From positions 62,001 through 126,000 of the forward strand of contig JANHCV010000017.1 in assembly GCA_025594325.1 (NCBI GenBank): a stretch of DNA of 64,000 nucleotides, written 5' to 3'. The position numbers and the translations under genes were made by a program. This stretch comes from Blastocladiella emersonii ATCC 22665 (lineage: Eukaryota; Fungi; Blastocladiomycota). Below, piece by piece: positions 12,498-24,621 of this stretch (positions are counted from its first letter, which is position 1; every line of letters starts with the position of its first letter). The notes under the pieces were generated by a model. That model was not told the origin of the DNA, made no database searches, and saw only the letters and a program-made list of their open reading frames with translations.

Positions 12498-13351
12498 TCA
12501 CGCGCTTGGCTCAGGCGCCACCTCCTCCTCGGCATGGCTCACGTCGCCCACGACGGCAACGAGGCCCGACGTCTTCTGCAGGCGGCCGGGGAAGCCGTCC
12601 CACTTGAAGAGCGCGGTGCGGCCATCGGGCGCCACGTACCCGGTGCGCTCGCCGAGGATGGCCGAGCTCGCGGCGTCGATGACGGCCATGGCGTCGGGGA
12701 CCGAGTCGACGATCTGGGCCAGCTTCGAGTTGGACTGCGAGACGAAGCCGTTCTCGACCGCGTTCTCAATCCAGGTGCGGATCGGCGTGTAAAAGTCGAG
12801 GATGTTGAGGACGAGGACGGGCTTGTCGTGGATGTGGAGCTGGGCCCACGTCGTGGTCTCGAAGAGCTCCTCGGCCGTCCCGAGGCCGCCCGGCAGAGTC
12901 ACGAAGGCGTCGGCGTGCTCGTTGAAGAGCTGCTTGCGCGTGTGCATGTCCGGGACGGTGATGGTCTCGCCAATCATCTCGCCGCCAAAGGCGAGGAGCG
13001 CGGTAGGGATGATGCCGAGCACGCTGCCCCCGCGCTGGTGCACGGTGCGGGCGACGATGCCCATCAGGCCGCCCGACCCGCCGCCGTACACGAGCCGGAT
13101 GTTGCGCGCCACGAGCGCCTTGCCGAGCTCTACACGGGCGGGCGCAGCGTCAGCGCCAGCGTCAGCGGGGAGCCGAGCCAGGGCAGGCGGCGAGCGCGGC
13201 GGCGAGCGCAGCGGCGAGCGTCCGCACCCTCGGCGGCGGCGGCAAACTCGGGGCGGAACCCGGGGCTGCTGCCGCAGTAGACGCAGATGGACCGGATGGG
13301 CTTCGGCGTTGCCGCGGCAAGGGAGTCGAGGGACCGGGTTTCAGCGTTCAT
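12498..13351 (-). CDS. LOG-family nucleotide phosphoribohydrolase (Rossmann fold)
   Basis: ICVYCGSSPG, LVYGGG..GLMG, DMHTRK and PGGLGTAEE (PGGxGTxEE); one intron. Confidence 0.93.
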
Positions 13352-13861
13352 GGCAGTTTAAATTGCATGCTACGTGGTAGGGGAGCGGGAGCGCTTTGGG
13401 GGACTTGACCGCTGTGGCTCGGCCCCGGGACGATCGGCTGCCGGGCGCTCGGCGGATTGCCGTGGCACGCGGGCACCTGACCGCGAGACGCGTCGCCGTC
13501 TCACGCGTCGCGCCGCGCCGAGTGTCTCCCCGCGCCGCAAACGTCTCCCCCCACGCGCCGCGGGCCCGAGCGGTATTCCCAAAAAGGGCCAGTGCAATGT
13601 CCTACCGCCTGGCCCGGGAACCCGTCCGGCCTCCCCCGCCAGCGACGCGACCGCGCTCCATGCATCAAAACCTAACCTGATCGCGGCGCAACCTACCCGA
13701 AACCCGCAACGTACCCCCGAGGAGCCCTTGACTCCGCTTCCCCTTGCGACCAGCACTATACAAGCACCGCGCCGTGTGATCGCACCACCAGAGTAGCTGT
13801 GGGCTCCTTCCTCGTCGCTCGGCACTATCTCCTCAACGACCTGCGTCCCGACCTGCCCGCC

Positions 13862-16800
13862 ATGGCGTCACTGGTGTCGCCGCACGCCTCGGCGCAGGCC
13901 GCCCATGCGCACGGCGGCAGCGGGCAGCAGCGGTCGCCACCCGTCCTCATGGGCGTCGTGTACCGCGAGGGCACCCTGTATCCGACGCACAAGAAGCTCG
14001 GCTACAACATTGTGCTCTTCAACCGCACCACCGGGATCGTCGCCCCCATCGACCAGAACGGCTGCGTCCGCCTCGAGGCCGGCGGCGACTATATTCCCGA
14101 GCGCTCCGACTCGGACCGCCTGCGCAAGGTAGGCTGCTCATACCCCAGCGTGCTTGCTCCGTACACCTCGCTGACCTTTATTGCATCCCTAGCTCATTGA
14201 CGACGCCCGCCGCGCAAAGTCCACAAAGTGGTCCAAGACCTCGGGCAGCCTGACCAACCTGACTCTGCGCAGCCGCCGGTCCAGCGTCAACAACGCCATC
14301 GGCAAGAGCCTGAGCCGCCTCGCCTCCGCCTTCTCGTCCAACGGCGGCGTCCATCCGGCTGCCGTCGATTCTACCGGGTCAAACCCGTGCGTCCAGTTTG
14401 GTCCCGACTCGCCTGAGCCGTCGTCGTCCTACACGACCGCACCCCCGCCGAGCGCGGCCACGGATGATGGGAGCGCTCGCCCGGGTTCCGCCACCGCTTC
14501 CGCTTCCTTCTTCGGCACCATCCGCGGCCGCCGCCGGTCCGCCGAGGTCGTCACCGGCATGGGCTCGTCGGCCAACGCGCTCGCCGCCACCGCGACGCCG
14601 CCCGGCATGAACCGGTCCCGCTCGCGGTCGCGAACCGGCTCCGCCGCTGGCGGCTCGATCCTTGCCGGGTCGGTTCGGAGTGCAAGTGTGCAGGATCTCG
14701 GTCCGCGCGCCAGCCGACCCTCCATCAGCAGCACCACCTTTTCTGGCCCGCCTGTGGGCGACGCCGACCGCGAGGTCTCGCACAGCGCCGCGAGCTCCAT
14801 CAACGGCAAGGAGCCCGCGGGATCCTCGGCCGAGGCCGCCGACAACGATGAGGAGCTCACGCTCGAAGACTTTCTGCGCAAGGACTTCAAGTCGACGCCC
14901 TCGATCCTCAACCCCGTCGAGCTGGCCTCGTCGTCCAACCCCGCCATCGCGCCGTCCGCCGCTGCTCCAGCACACGCGCTGGGCCCGCGGTCGCTGTCGC
15001 CGGTCATGCCCATCTCCGAGGAGCCCGCGGGGTCCGAGCACCACCAGGAGACGGTCGTGGTCGGGAGCGAGGTGACACTGTGCGCTTCGCTCATCATGGT
15101 CCGCGACGGACGACCGGGAACCGTCTGGGTCAACCTGCAGTCTGGCCACGTCCACATCTACTCGGATCCACACGTCCGGCTCGCTCTCCGACTATTCAAC
15201 GTGGCACCATTCTGACTCTTTTCACGCTTGTAGATGAACGACCTTGTCGACTCGCTCCAGGTCGCCGAAAACTGCATGGCCATGCCCGACACTCGGAATG
15301 CCGACCAGGGAGCATTCTATATCCTGCAGGACGACGTCTGCATCTCGTTCATTGCTCGTTCCCGCGACGACATGGTACTACCCGTCCGCTTCCTCGGCCT
15401 CTCCGAACCCGCCGCTCACCGACGCGCCATGTAGCTCAACTGGGTCAGCAGCGTCAACTCGGCCAGCCTCCCCGACACGTCCTCGTCGGCCCGCGACGAC
15501 CGCTCGTCGACCGACAACTCCTCGGCCGAGTTCGAGTGCGACTACCGCAAGGAGTACGAGGAGATGGTCAAGTCGTTTGACCTCGTCGAGCTCTCGCGCA
15601 TCAAGCTGCCCGAGACTGCAACCCGCCGGCCCATCTCCGTGGACCGGCTCAACCAGCTGCGCCAGAACCGCATGAGCGTGCTGCGGCAGATCAACATCAA
15701 CGAATTGGCCTTCGATTCCAGCGCCATGGCCAACCCGCACCTCCACCTCGTCGCTACGGGCGTCGCCAAGCATCCCGCACCGCCGGCGCTCGTGATCCCC
15801 GAGGCTTTGGACGAGTTGTCGCCCCCTGGTGCCTGCGGCGACATGTCGGGCCTCACGCCCTCGCCCATCTCGCAGACACCGTCGGGTAGCAATCTCCCCG
15901 AGCTCGGCGCTCCCGCCGCAGCAGCGTCGCCTGCCGCCGTCAGCGATGATGCCGCGTCCATGGCAATCCAGTATGCTGTCTATCGCTCGTTCTCGCTCTA
16001 CTCGAACCTTCACTGACGCTGGTTTTACTAGGGAGGAGTTCCAGGCCGACCGCATCAACCAGCAGATGGTGTCTCCCGATCGCGACGTGAGCCAGATGCA
16101 GGCGACGATTCAGCAGATTGGCAACTCGCCCGTCTCGAGCCTGCAGCGGCGAACCCGCTCGGACGCCTCGAGCTCTCCTCGACCGAGCCCGCTCGGCGCC
16201 TCCGACGAGCCCGAGTCCGCGTGCCAGTCCGCCATCTCCATGGAACGCGAGGTCGAGAGCATCGACGAGGAGTCGAGTGGAGCCGGCCAGTCTGTCAACA
16301 CGCCGAGCCCGCGGCTACCCGGAACCCTCGAGGCTGCGGGCGGCGCCACGCTGCGCGGGACCAGCAGCTCGGAGGAGACGCTCATGAAGCATGGCGCCGC
16401 GACCCTCGACAAGCTCGTTGAGCGGCTCGCGGACGAGCACGGGTGGGACCCACAGTACGTGGACACGTTCCTGATCGGCTACCGACACTTCACCGACACG
16501 GCCACGGTCCTCGAGAAGCTGCTCGCGCGGCTGCACTGCGTCGCGCCAGCCAACGCGACGGCGGCCGAGCGCGTGTTTGTCGCGCAGTGGCGGCCCATCA
16601 TCCGCCTCCGCGTCATTGCCGTGGTCAAGATGTGGGTCGAGCGGTACTGGGTCGACTTTGTCCTGTACTCGGGCGCGCGCGAGCAGCTCGACGAGATCTG
16701 CGACTCGCTCGAGCGGTTCGAGCCGGAGCCCGACGAGAACGCGGTGGCGGGCCGCGAGCAGCGCGCCTTCTTTTCGCGACTCAGCAAGCTGCTGCGCAAG

Positions 16801-17884
16801 CTGGTCGTCTACCAGTCCAACAAGGCGACGGCAGCCGCCATGGCACGGGCGGTGGCCGTGTCTGTCGAGAGCGGCAGCGAGCACCGCGTGGTTCCGCCGT
16901 GCGACTTCCTCGCCATGGACCCGATCCACATTGCCGTCCAGCTCACGGCGCTCGAGTTCAAGCGGTTCAAGGCGGTGCGGCCCATCGAGTGCGTGCTCAA
17001 CCTGTGGGCCGACACCAAGGACCCCGCCGTCGAGCGCGAGCTGCGCAACATGGCCGACATGGTGGCCGCGTTCAACCAGGTCTCGTACTGGGTCGCCACC
17101 GAGGTGTGCACGCAGCCCGAGCTCCCGACGCGGATCAAGACGGTGGAGCGCATGATCAAGATCGCCAAGGTACCATCCTTGACTGACTGACACACTCGAC
17201 ACGTTCGATCGGCGTCTAACCCCGAGTTGCGCGGTAGATCTGTCGCCGAGAGCGCAACTTCAACACGACCGTGGCCATCGTTGCGGGCCTCAACAATTCG
17301 GCGGTCCTGCGCCTCAAACAGACGTGGGAGGGCATTCAGGAAAAGTACCGGCAGACGTTCCAGGACCTCGAGGACCTTGTCTCGCAGACGCACAACTTCA
17401 AGAACTACCGCCACGCCCTGGACACGATGGCGCACGAGGGTTTCCGTCAGCCGTTCATCCCCTTCTTTGGTACGCTTCCCCCTGACGCCTGCGCTCGTGT
17501 ACTGGGAGCTCACGCACACCGTAACATAGGATTGTTTGTCAAGGACCTCATGTTCTGGAACGAGAACCCAAAGCTGACCGAGTCCGGACTCATCAACTTC
17601 TCCAAGGTCCAGTCGATTGCAGGGCTGATCCAGGCCTTTCGCCGGTGGCAGGACCACGAGTACGCGCCGTCGCCGGCCACGCTCGCTGCCATGGGCGGCA
17701 GCAGCGGCACCGGAAGCAGCGGGGTCGGCGCGATCCCGGAGCTGGTCGAGCAGTACTGCCGAAACCTCCGCGCGCTCAAGGAGCCCGCCATCTACAAGTA
17801 CAGCTGTCTGTGCGAGCGCAAGGGCGGGGCCAATGGATCCACGCGGCTGATTGACAAGTGGGCGCAGGAAAACGCAAAGCGGTG
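13862..17884 (+). CDS. Ras guanine-nucleotide exchange factor (PH-like + REM + Cdc25 domains)
   Basis: REM: ATLDKLVERL..YVDTFLIGYRHF..RLRVIAVVKMWVERYWVDF. Cdc25: IAVQLTALEF..FNQVSYWVATEV..NFNTTVAIVAGLNNSAVLRLKQTW..IPFFG..KDLMF. A spliced PH-like segment ends FIARSRDDM|LNWVSSVNS. Confidence 0.9.
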
Positions 17885-18283
17885 AAGACTTGTGGAGTGT
17901 AATACAGTTGGAGTTGGCTTGTCCTCTCTCGAGTGTGTGGCGCGACGCGAGGTCACGCTGTGGCGCGACACGACTTGAAGACAACGGAACGGACGTGTGC
18001 GGTTCCGGCAGCAGTCATGGCATGTGGCTTCGGTGTATGGGGCAAGTAGTAGCGCACACAGAGTGACATGGAGTTACGTGTATGATTGAACGGGGTGGGT
18101 GGACGCACAATGAGGTAGCAGGGAACGAGAGAAACAAACAGCAAAACGAGTGGGCAAGGATGGTATGAGCGCGTGCGCTATTGATTATAGGAGCAACGTG
18201 TCAGCGGATCGTTGCACAAACGGTCGACAAGTGAACGAAAGCGCACCGCCGGCCGCAAAGACCACGAATAGTCGTGCGTCGGG

Positions 18284-19675
18284 TCACATAAAGTACTGGC
18301 CTGGTCCGCGGTTGGGCGACTCGCGGCGCTCTTCGGGCACGGCGTTGAAGATCTTGAAGTTTTTGGTGGAGACCTCGAGCGTGTCGTCGAGCGTCATGAT
18401 GGCGGCGACGTTTCCGCAGCGGTAGCAGTACTGGAATTGGTCGAGCAGGAGGTGGGGGTCAGCGGTTACGTAAGGCGCGGAAGTGACAAGCAGTCGTACA
18501 TTAGGTGCCGACCACACGGTGACGAGGTTCTCATCGGGGAACATGAACTTGTAGCCCTCCTGCACGAGCTGGTGGGCGCGCGCAATGAGGGTGAGGTTGT
18601 TGATGTGGTTAAACTATGACGAAAACACGGGCAGTTAGCCAACGAGTCCGACGTGCAACGAGGACGCGAGACCGGCGACGCATACCTCGTTTGTCACCTT
18701 GGCGCCGAACAACCATCCTGCACCGCGCGGTGATACCGCCCAGGTGTCGGTCTCGTCTGGGTCGGACCACATCAGGTCTACGTGGGCCGCGAGGTGTGAG
18801 ATCATGTTGGAGCAAGGCAGCGGGAGGAAACGTACCGCAGAAGGCGCCCTCGTGTGGCACCTCCTGGCAGCGGTGGATGGTGCGGATCTGGTCGAGTGTG
18901 CGGACGTCGGGCGAGAGGCCGCCGTGGACGCAAAAGACGCGGCCGTCGATGATCTGGGATGAGGCAGCGCGTTGTTAGTCGATCAGACGCGAGGAGAGGA
19001 TGGCGCAAGGAGAGGTGATACGTACGGCGCCGAGAGCGAGGAGGTCAAAGACCTGGCAGCACTGCTTCCAGACGTTGGGGTTGCCGTACTTTGTCTGGCA
19101 CTCGTCTGTTCGAGGATCAGATGGTGGTGAGTCCGAGGGTGAGGTGCGGGGGAAGAGGAAAGCGGGTGCGACGAACCAAAGAAGCCATAGACCTGGGTGA
19201 TCTGGCGACTCTCGTGGTTGCCGCGGAGCAGGGTGATCTTCTCGGGCCACTTTGCCTTGAGAACCATGAGCAGGGTCAGGGACTCGAGGCTGTAGTATCC
19301 CCGGTCGACAAAGTCTCCCTATGGTTGCAGGGGAGGTGAGACTCGAAGAAATCGCGGGAGGCAGGGTGTGAAATACCATGAAGATGTAGTTGGTGGTGGG
19401 GACCTCGCCGCCGACGCGAAAGAGCTCCATGAGGTCGTAGAACTGGCCTAGGGGGGCCGGCAGCGCGGGGCCGGGTGAGCACGGGCGGGCGCGCGGCCTC
19501 TGCGCCGGGGCGTACCGTGGATGTCGCCGCAGATGGTGACGGGGGTGCAGACGGGCTGGATGTTGGACTCCTCCATCAGCAGGCCCTTGACGATCTCGCA
19601 CAGCTTGCGCATGTCGGCCTCGGCGAGGTAGCGGCACTCCTTGATCTGGGCGAGCCACTCGTCGGGTCCCGCCAT
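18284..19675 (-). CDS. SIT4: Ser/Thr protein phosphatase PP6/Sit4 catalytic subunit
   Basis: [59 protein letters not shown] and a C-terminal YFM; several short introns. Confidence 0.93.
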
Positions 19676-20117
19676 GGTGGTGATCGTTGGAGGTGGTAGG
19701 GGGCTGGCGGTGGGCAGCCGAGCCGTGCGGCGGTGCAAGGGGCGGGGCAGTGCAGGGAGTGGGAGTGGGAGCGGCCGCCGGCAGCGCTCAGGGGGTGGGG
19801 GTCGGCGTGAGGGCGGGCGGGGGCGTCGGCGGGTCGGCGGGCTGTCGGCAGCAAGTTACATGGGCGCCCGGCGCGGCGCGGACTCGGTAGCGGGCGGGGC
19901 GGGGGAGCGAGGGCGGCGGGCGGATGAGGGCGGCCGCGGGGTGGGTGCTGCGGGGCGGGTGCTGCGGGGCGGACGTGCCCACGCGTCGTCCATGGTCACG
20001 CCGCCGCCGATGCGCGTGGCGTGCCGGCGATGCTCGCCCTGATCCTCGGCCCGCGCCTCTCCTCTCCCCTCTCTCTCGGCCACCAACAATGCACCGATGC
20101 CGTAGATGAATCACGAA

Positions 20118-20835
20118 ATGTACCCGACGCCGCCCGCCATGACCGCCGCCAAGTCGGCCCTGCGCGCCGCTGTCAAGGCTCGCTTGCAGGCCGTCCCACC
20201 CGCCGTCCGCGCCGCCAAGTGTACTCCTACTCCCGGCACTGCCGATTGATCGCGGGTCCCGCACCGCTCACCCGTCGGCCGACCCTGTAGCCGCCCGCAT
20301 CGCCGAGTGCGTGACCGCGCTGCCCGCGTGGCGCTCCGCGCGCTCCGTGTCCGTGTTCCTGTCCATGCCGCACGAGCTCGACACGATGCCGCTGGTCCAC
20401 GCCGCCCTGGCCGACGGGAAACGCGTCTACGTGCCCTACGTGGCCGGCCGCCGGTCGCCCATGGTCATGGTCGCCGTCGACGACGCGGCCGACGTGGCCG
20501 CCCTGCCGCGCGACAAGTGGGGCATCCCGACCCCGACCACCCCGTCGCCGCGCACCGGCGCCCCGCGCGAGCGCCCGCTGACGCCGCTGGACCTCGTCAT
20601 TGTGCCGGGCGTCGCCTTCACGTCGCCCGCCGGCGCGCGCATTGGATACGGCGCGGGCTACTACGACTCGTACCTCGCCACCCCCGAGGCGACCGACGCG
20701 GTCCGCGTGGCCGTGGCCCTGGCCGACGTGCAGATCGTCGACTGCGTGCCCACCGAGCCGCACGACGCGCGCATGCACTGGCTCGTCACCGACGAGGGCG
20801 CCGTCGAGTGCTGTCCCTCCTCCACTTCACCATAG
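20118..20835 (+). CDS. FAU1: 5-formyltetrahydrofolate cyclo-ligase
   Basis: KSALR N-terminal helix, VFLSMPHELDT, KWGIPTP, LDLVIVPGVAF, RIGYGAGYYDSY and EPHD; one intron. Confidence 0.92.
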
Positions 20836-21154
20836 AACACTGATATAACTTGATCGATCCCACCGAGACAGGCGTAGCGAGGCAGAGACACTTTCATTGG
20901 AATCAGCAAACGGGACAGGCAAACGATCAGACAGACAGACAGACGGGAAGGGAGGGGGACACAGTGCAACGACGAGGCGAACAGGGGAGCGAGCAAACAG
21001 GGAGAGAAGGAGGAACACGAGCAAAAACGGGAGGAGCGACAACGGCGACGGGCGAGGCGGCACGCTCGCAGCGGGGAACACGAGGAGCGAGGCCCGCGGG
21101 CGTGTACACGCGCTCGCCGACGGCGTCGACGTCGGCAGCCGAGCGAGGCCCCGC

Positions 21155-23418
21155 TCACGCCTGGCCAGCAGGCGCTCCCGCGGGCCGCGGCAGGTGGTTG
21201 TTCGGGTTGTCAATGTGCTCGGGCACAAAGTTGTTGATGTCGATGCCGCGGGCGCGCAGCGCGTCCTCGGCGTGCGGGGGCACGAGCTTCTTGTTGAGGT
21301 CGGGGCGGATCGACAGCTCCATGCGCGAAAAGTCAAAGAGTGGTGGCAGCTCCTTGCCCGAGGGCAGGCGCGTCTCGGGCAGGCGCAGCTCGTCAAAGAA
21401 GGGGTGGGTGAGGGCCTCCCACGCGGTCGGGCGCGTGTTAGGCTCGTAGCGCAGCAGGCGGTCGATCATGTCGAGGGCCTCGGGCGGGGTCTTGGGGGTG
21501 AAGATCTGCGACCACGGGTGGGCCTTGATGGGCGGGAAGTTGTGCTCCGTGTAGTTGGGGTTCATGGCGCGCACCTGGTCGCGCTCCGGGGTGCCGAGCA
21601 CCTTGATGATCTCGACGAGCTGGTCGACGCCCGACTCGCCGGGGAACATGGGCTTGCCGAGCATGAGCTCGGCCATGACGCAGCCCGAGGACCACACGTC
21701 GATCTGGGTCGTGTAGTTGGTGGCGCCGAAGATGAGCTCCGGGGCGCGGTAGTAGCGCGAGCAGATGTAGGACACGTTGGGCTCGCCGGCAATGAGGATC
21801 TTGGCGGAGCCAAAGTCGCACAGCTTGAGGACGCCCGTGGCGGCGTTGAGCAGCAGGTTCTGGGGCTTGATGTCGCGGTGGCAGATGCCGAGGGCGTGGA
21901 TGTAGGCGAGCGAGCGAAAGACCTGGTACATGTAAAGCTTGATGAGGATGAAGGGCATGGTCTGCTTCTGCTTGACAAAGTGGCGCGAGGCGCGGTAGAT
22001 GGTCTCGGGGACAAACTCGAGGACCAGGTTGAGGTAGACTTCCTCGCGGCGCTCGCCGTTGGAGTAGAAGAAGGACTTGAGGTCGACGATGTTGTGGTGG
22101 TCGACCATGCGCATGATCTGGAGCTCGCGGTTCTGCGGGAGAATCAGGGTGAGCATCAGGCTAGCGGGGAGGAGGGGGAGCAGCAGCAGCAAAGTACCTT
22201 GAAGCGCTTGTCCTGGAGCACCTTCTTGATGGCGACGCGCTCGTGCGTGTCGGCGAGGGTGGCCTCGTAGACGACGCCGAAGGAGCCGTTGCCGACGGGC
22301 TTCCAGTCGTAGTAGGAGAGCTCGATCGACTCGCCCGACTTTGCGTCGGTGGCGATGATGGTGGTGGTGCGGCGGTTCGCGTCCGAGGGACGGCCTGCGG
22401 ATTGCGACATGGTGGGTGGTGGGTGGTGGGTGGTGTTGGTGCGATTTAGTGCAGCAAGTGTAGGCGGGGCGGCGGGCGGGGGCGGGTGCGGGCGGGGAGG
22501 GGTCGGGCGCGGGAGAGCGGCGGCGCGGCGGTGGCGGCGCGACGCGTCGGGCAGCGTCACACGAGCGGCGCGTGGGATGCGTGTGCGGGCGGGCGGGCGT
22601 GGGTGGCCGGCGGGGCGGCGAGCAATTTCGGGTCGCAGCACAGCAAATTGCGGCGGGCGGGGAGGGCAGCGGCAAATGCGCGGATGGACGCGGGCGGGCA
22701 GATCGGGGGGCGGGGCGGGGAGGGGGTCGGGCGGGCGGCCGGGGCGCACGGGTCCGGGCGTGCAGCGAGCGAGCGAGTAGGCGGGGGTGGGGAGCGGAGC
22801 GGTCCGCGCGGGCGAGCGAGGAGCAGAGGGGCGTGCGGCGGGAATGCAGCAAGTCGCGGCGACGGGGTCCGGGGCGGCCGCGGCGGAGAGGGGGTGGAGG
22901 GCAGGGAAGGGCGGGCCGGCGCGGCGCGGCGAAGGCGAGTGTGCGCGGGCGCGTGCGGGGCGCGCGTGCGCGGGGTGGGGCGGCCGTGTGGGTGGCGCCG
23001 TGGGTGGCGGCGCACGCCAGGACGAACCGCCGTGCGAACAGCAGGCAGCACCAGCACACGGAAAAAAATAGACGGCAGCGGATTCGCACGGTCGTCGACA
23101 GGAACAGGGCGAGGGAGGGCGAGGGAGGGCGAGGGAGGGAGCGGGGCGGGTCGGAATGAGCAATCCTGCCATCGCATCGCACAGAAATCGAGCAGAGAGA
23201 GACGTACCGGCCGCCGAGGACCCCGTCGCCGTCGATGAGCCGGGCATCACCTGCCCGTTCATGGTCGACCCGCCGTTGGCCGCCGCCGCCGCCTTGGCCT
23301 GCGACTCCATGAGGAGCCGCACCGACGACGAGATCAGCGTGTGCGTCTTGCTGGTGCCGGTGCCCGCTGGGCCGCCCGGGTTGGCGTTGCCGTGGCCGTT
23401 GTTGTTGTTGCTGGACAT
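21155..23418 (-). CDS. GSK3: Glycogen synthase kinase 3 (shaggy-like)
   Basis: [23 protein letters not shown]|[25 protein letters not shown] and [20 protein letters not shown]. Upstream exon 23418-23208 joins in phase across an 813-nt intron. Confidence 0.95.
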
Positions 23419-23581
23419 GGCTCTGCAGCGAGTGGGGGTGGCGTATGTGCAGGTACCCGCCGATGTGCGAGTCGAAAGAGCGAAAGTCGAACCACTCGGA
23501 CAAAGTCGCGAGAGAGGCGGAGTGGAGCACGGGCGATGGGCCGGGGCGGGCCGCTTCGCCCGACGCGTCACTCGCGTCACT

Positions 23582-23609
23582 CGCGTCTCGCGCGTCTCGC
23601 GCGTCTCGC
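23582..23609 (-). repeat. 9-bp tandem repeat giving three GCGAGACGCG cores upstream of GSK3
   Basis: The plus strand has cgcgtctcgc at 23582, 23591 and 23600. Confidence 0.85.
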
Positions 23610-24621
23610 ACCGCTCCGAGCAGACGATGCGGCGTGGCCGGCGACGCGCCAAGTTCGGGTGGGAGAGGCCCGCCTCGCGCGTCGCGCCAAGTGCGCTGCT
23701 GCGTCGTGAGCCGAGCTGCGCCACCCCGCTGAACGGGCCACCTCACTCGAAACTCAGACTCCGGTTCTTTCAACGTCTAGCATCAAGGCCGTTGCTCTTC
23801 CAAAGTCGAGAGGAGGCCAATCGTCACGGCGGGCAGCGCAGTCTCCACTTGCGTAGAATGCGATGCGGTCGCTCCGCTGCATGTGGGACATCCCGCAGCA
23901 AGACGTGACCGTCACGGCGACGGAATCGGTTCCCTTGGAACTCTGAGCGCAACCATTATGGCTGCCTTGGTCCCGAGTCCAAGAAGGTCTTGGGGCATGT
24001 TCGACGGCGCGACTGAGCTGGCCACCAAGAAGCCTTCACATCAGCGAAAGTGTGCTTCTTGCGGTTCCCGCTACGATAGGCGTCACACGTTCAGCCAAGA
24101 CCCACGGCTATGCCTCCCTTTCGCAGTTACGCTCCCAGCAACCGGCCCACAATGCGATCAGGGCCGGGATCATACAGCTTGCAGCAACTGTTGCTGACTA
24201 TCCTGATGCGGCGCCCTACACACCGCAACCGTACCTGTTTGGCCCACTGGATACGGTATTGGGAGCTCATGCTCCGCGGTTCCGCTCCAGAGGGTGCGGA
24301 GAAGTTGCAGACCACGCGTTCAGCCACTCACGTGGAGCATCACGCGCAGGGCCGATTACGCGATATCCGCATGGGTGCAATGGATGCGAATGAGAGGGCA
24401 AGGGGCTAATGAACCAGTTATTAAGTGATATGCTGCTCTGGTACACAGGCTCCTTCCTTCGGGAATGGTCAAGGGGGACCGGTTGGGCGGGGCGCGCTCT
24501 CACGCGGCGCGACGACGGCGGCGCAGCGCCCCCTCGCCTCGACTCGCTCTCGCTCCCGCCGCCGCCGCCAACCCCGTCCCGCCCGCTCCCCTGCCATGCA
24601 TCGCGCGCAACTTGGTGCATC

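Noticed and set aside
22411-23773. The 872-aa ORF suggesting GSK3 has a roughly 450-aa Pro/Arg N-terminus
   Set aside because: It reads through the GC-rich intron and promoter; proper splice sites explain the region better.
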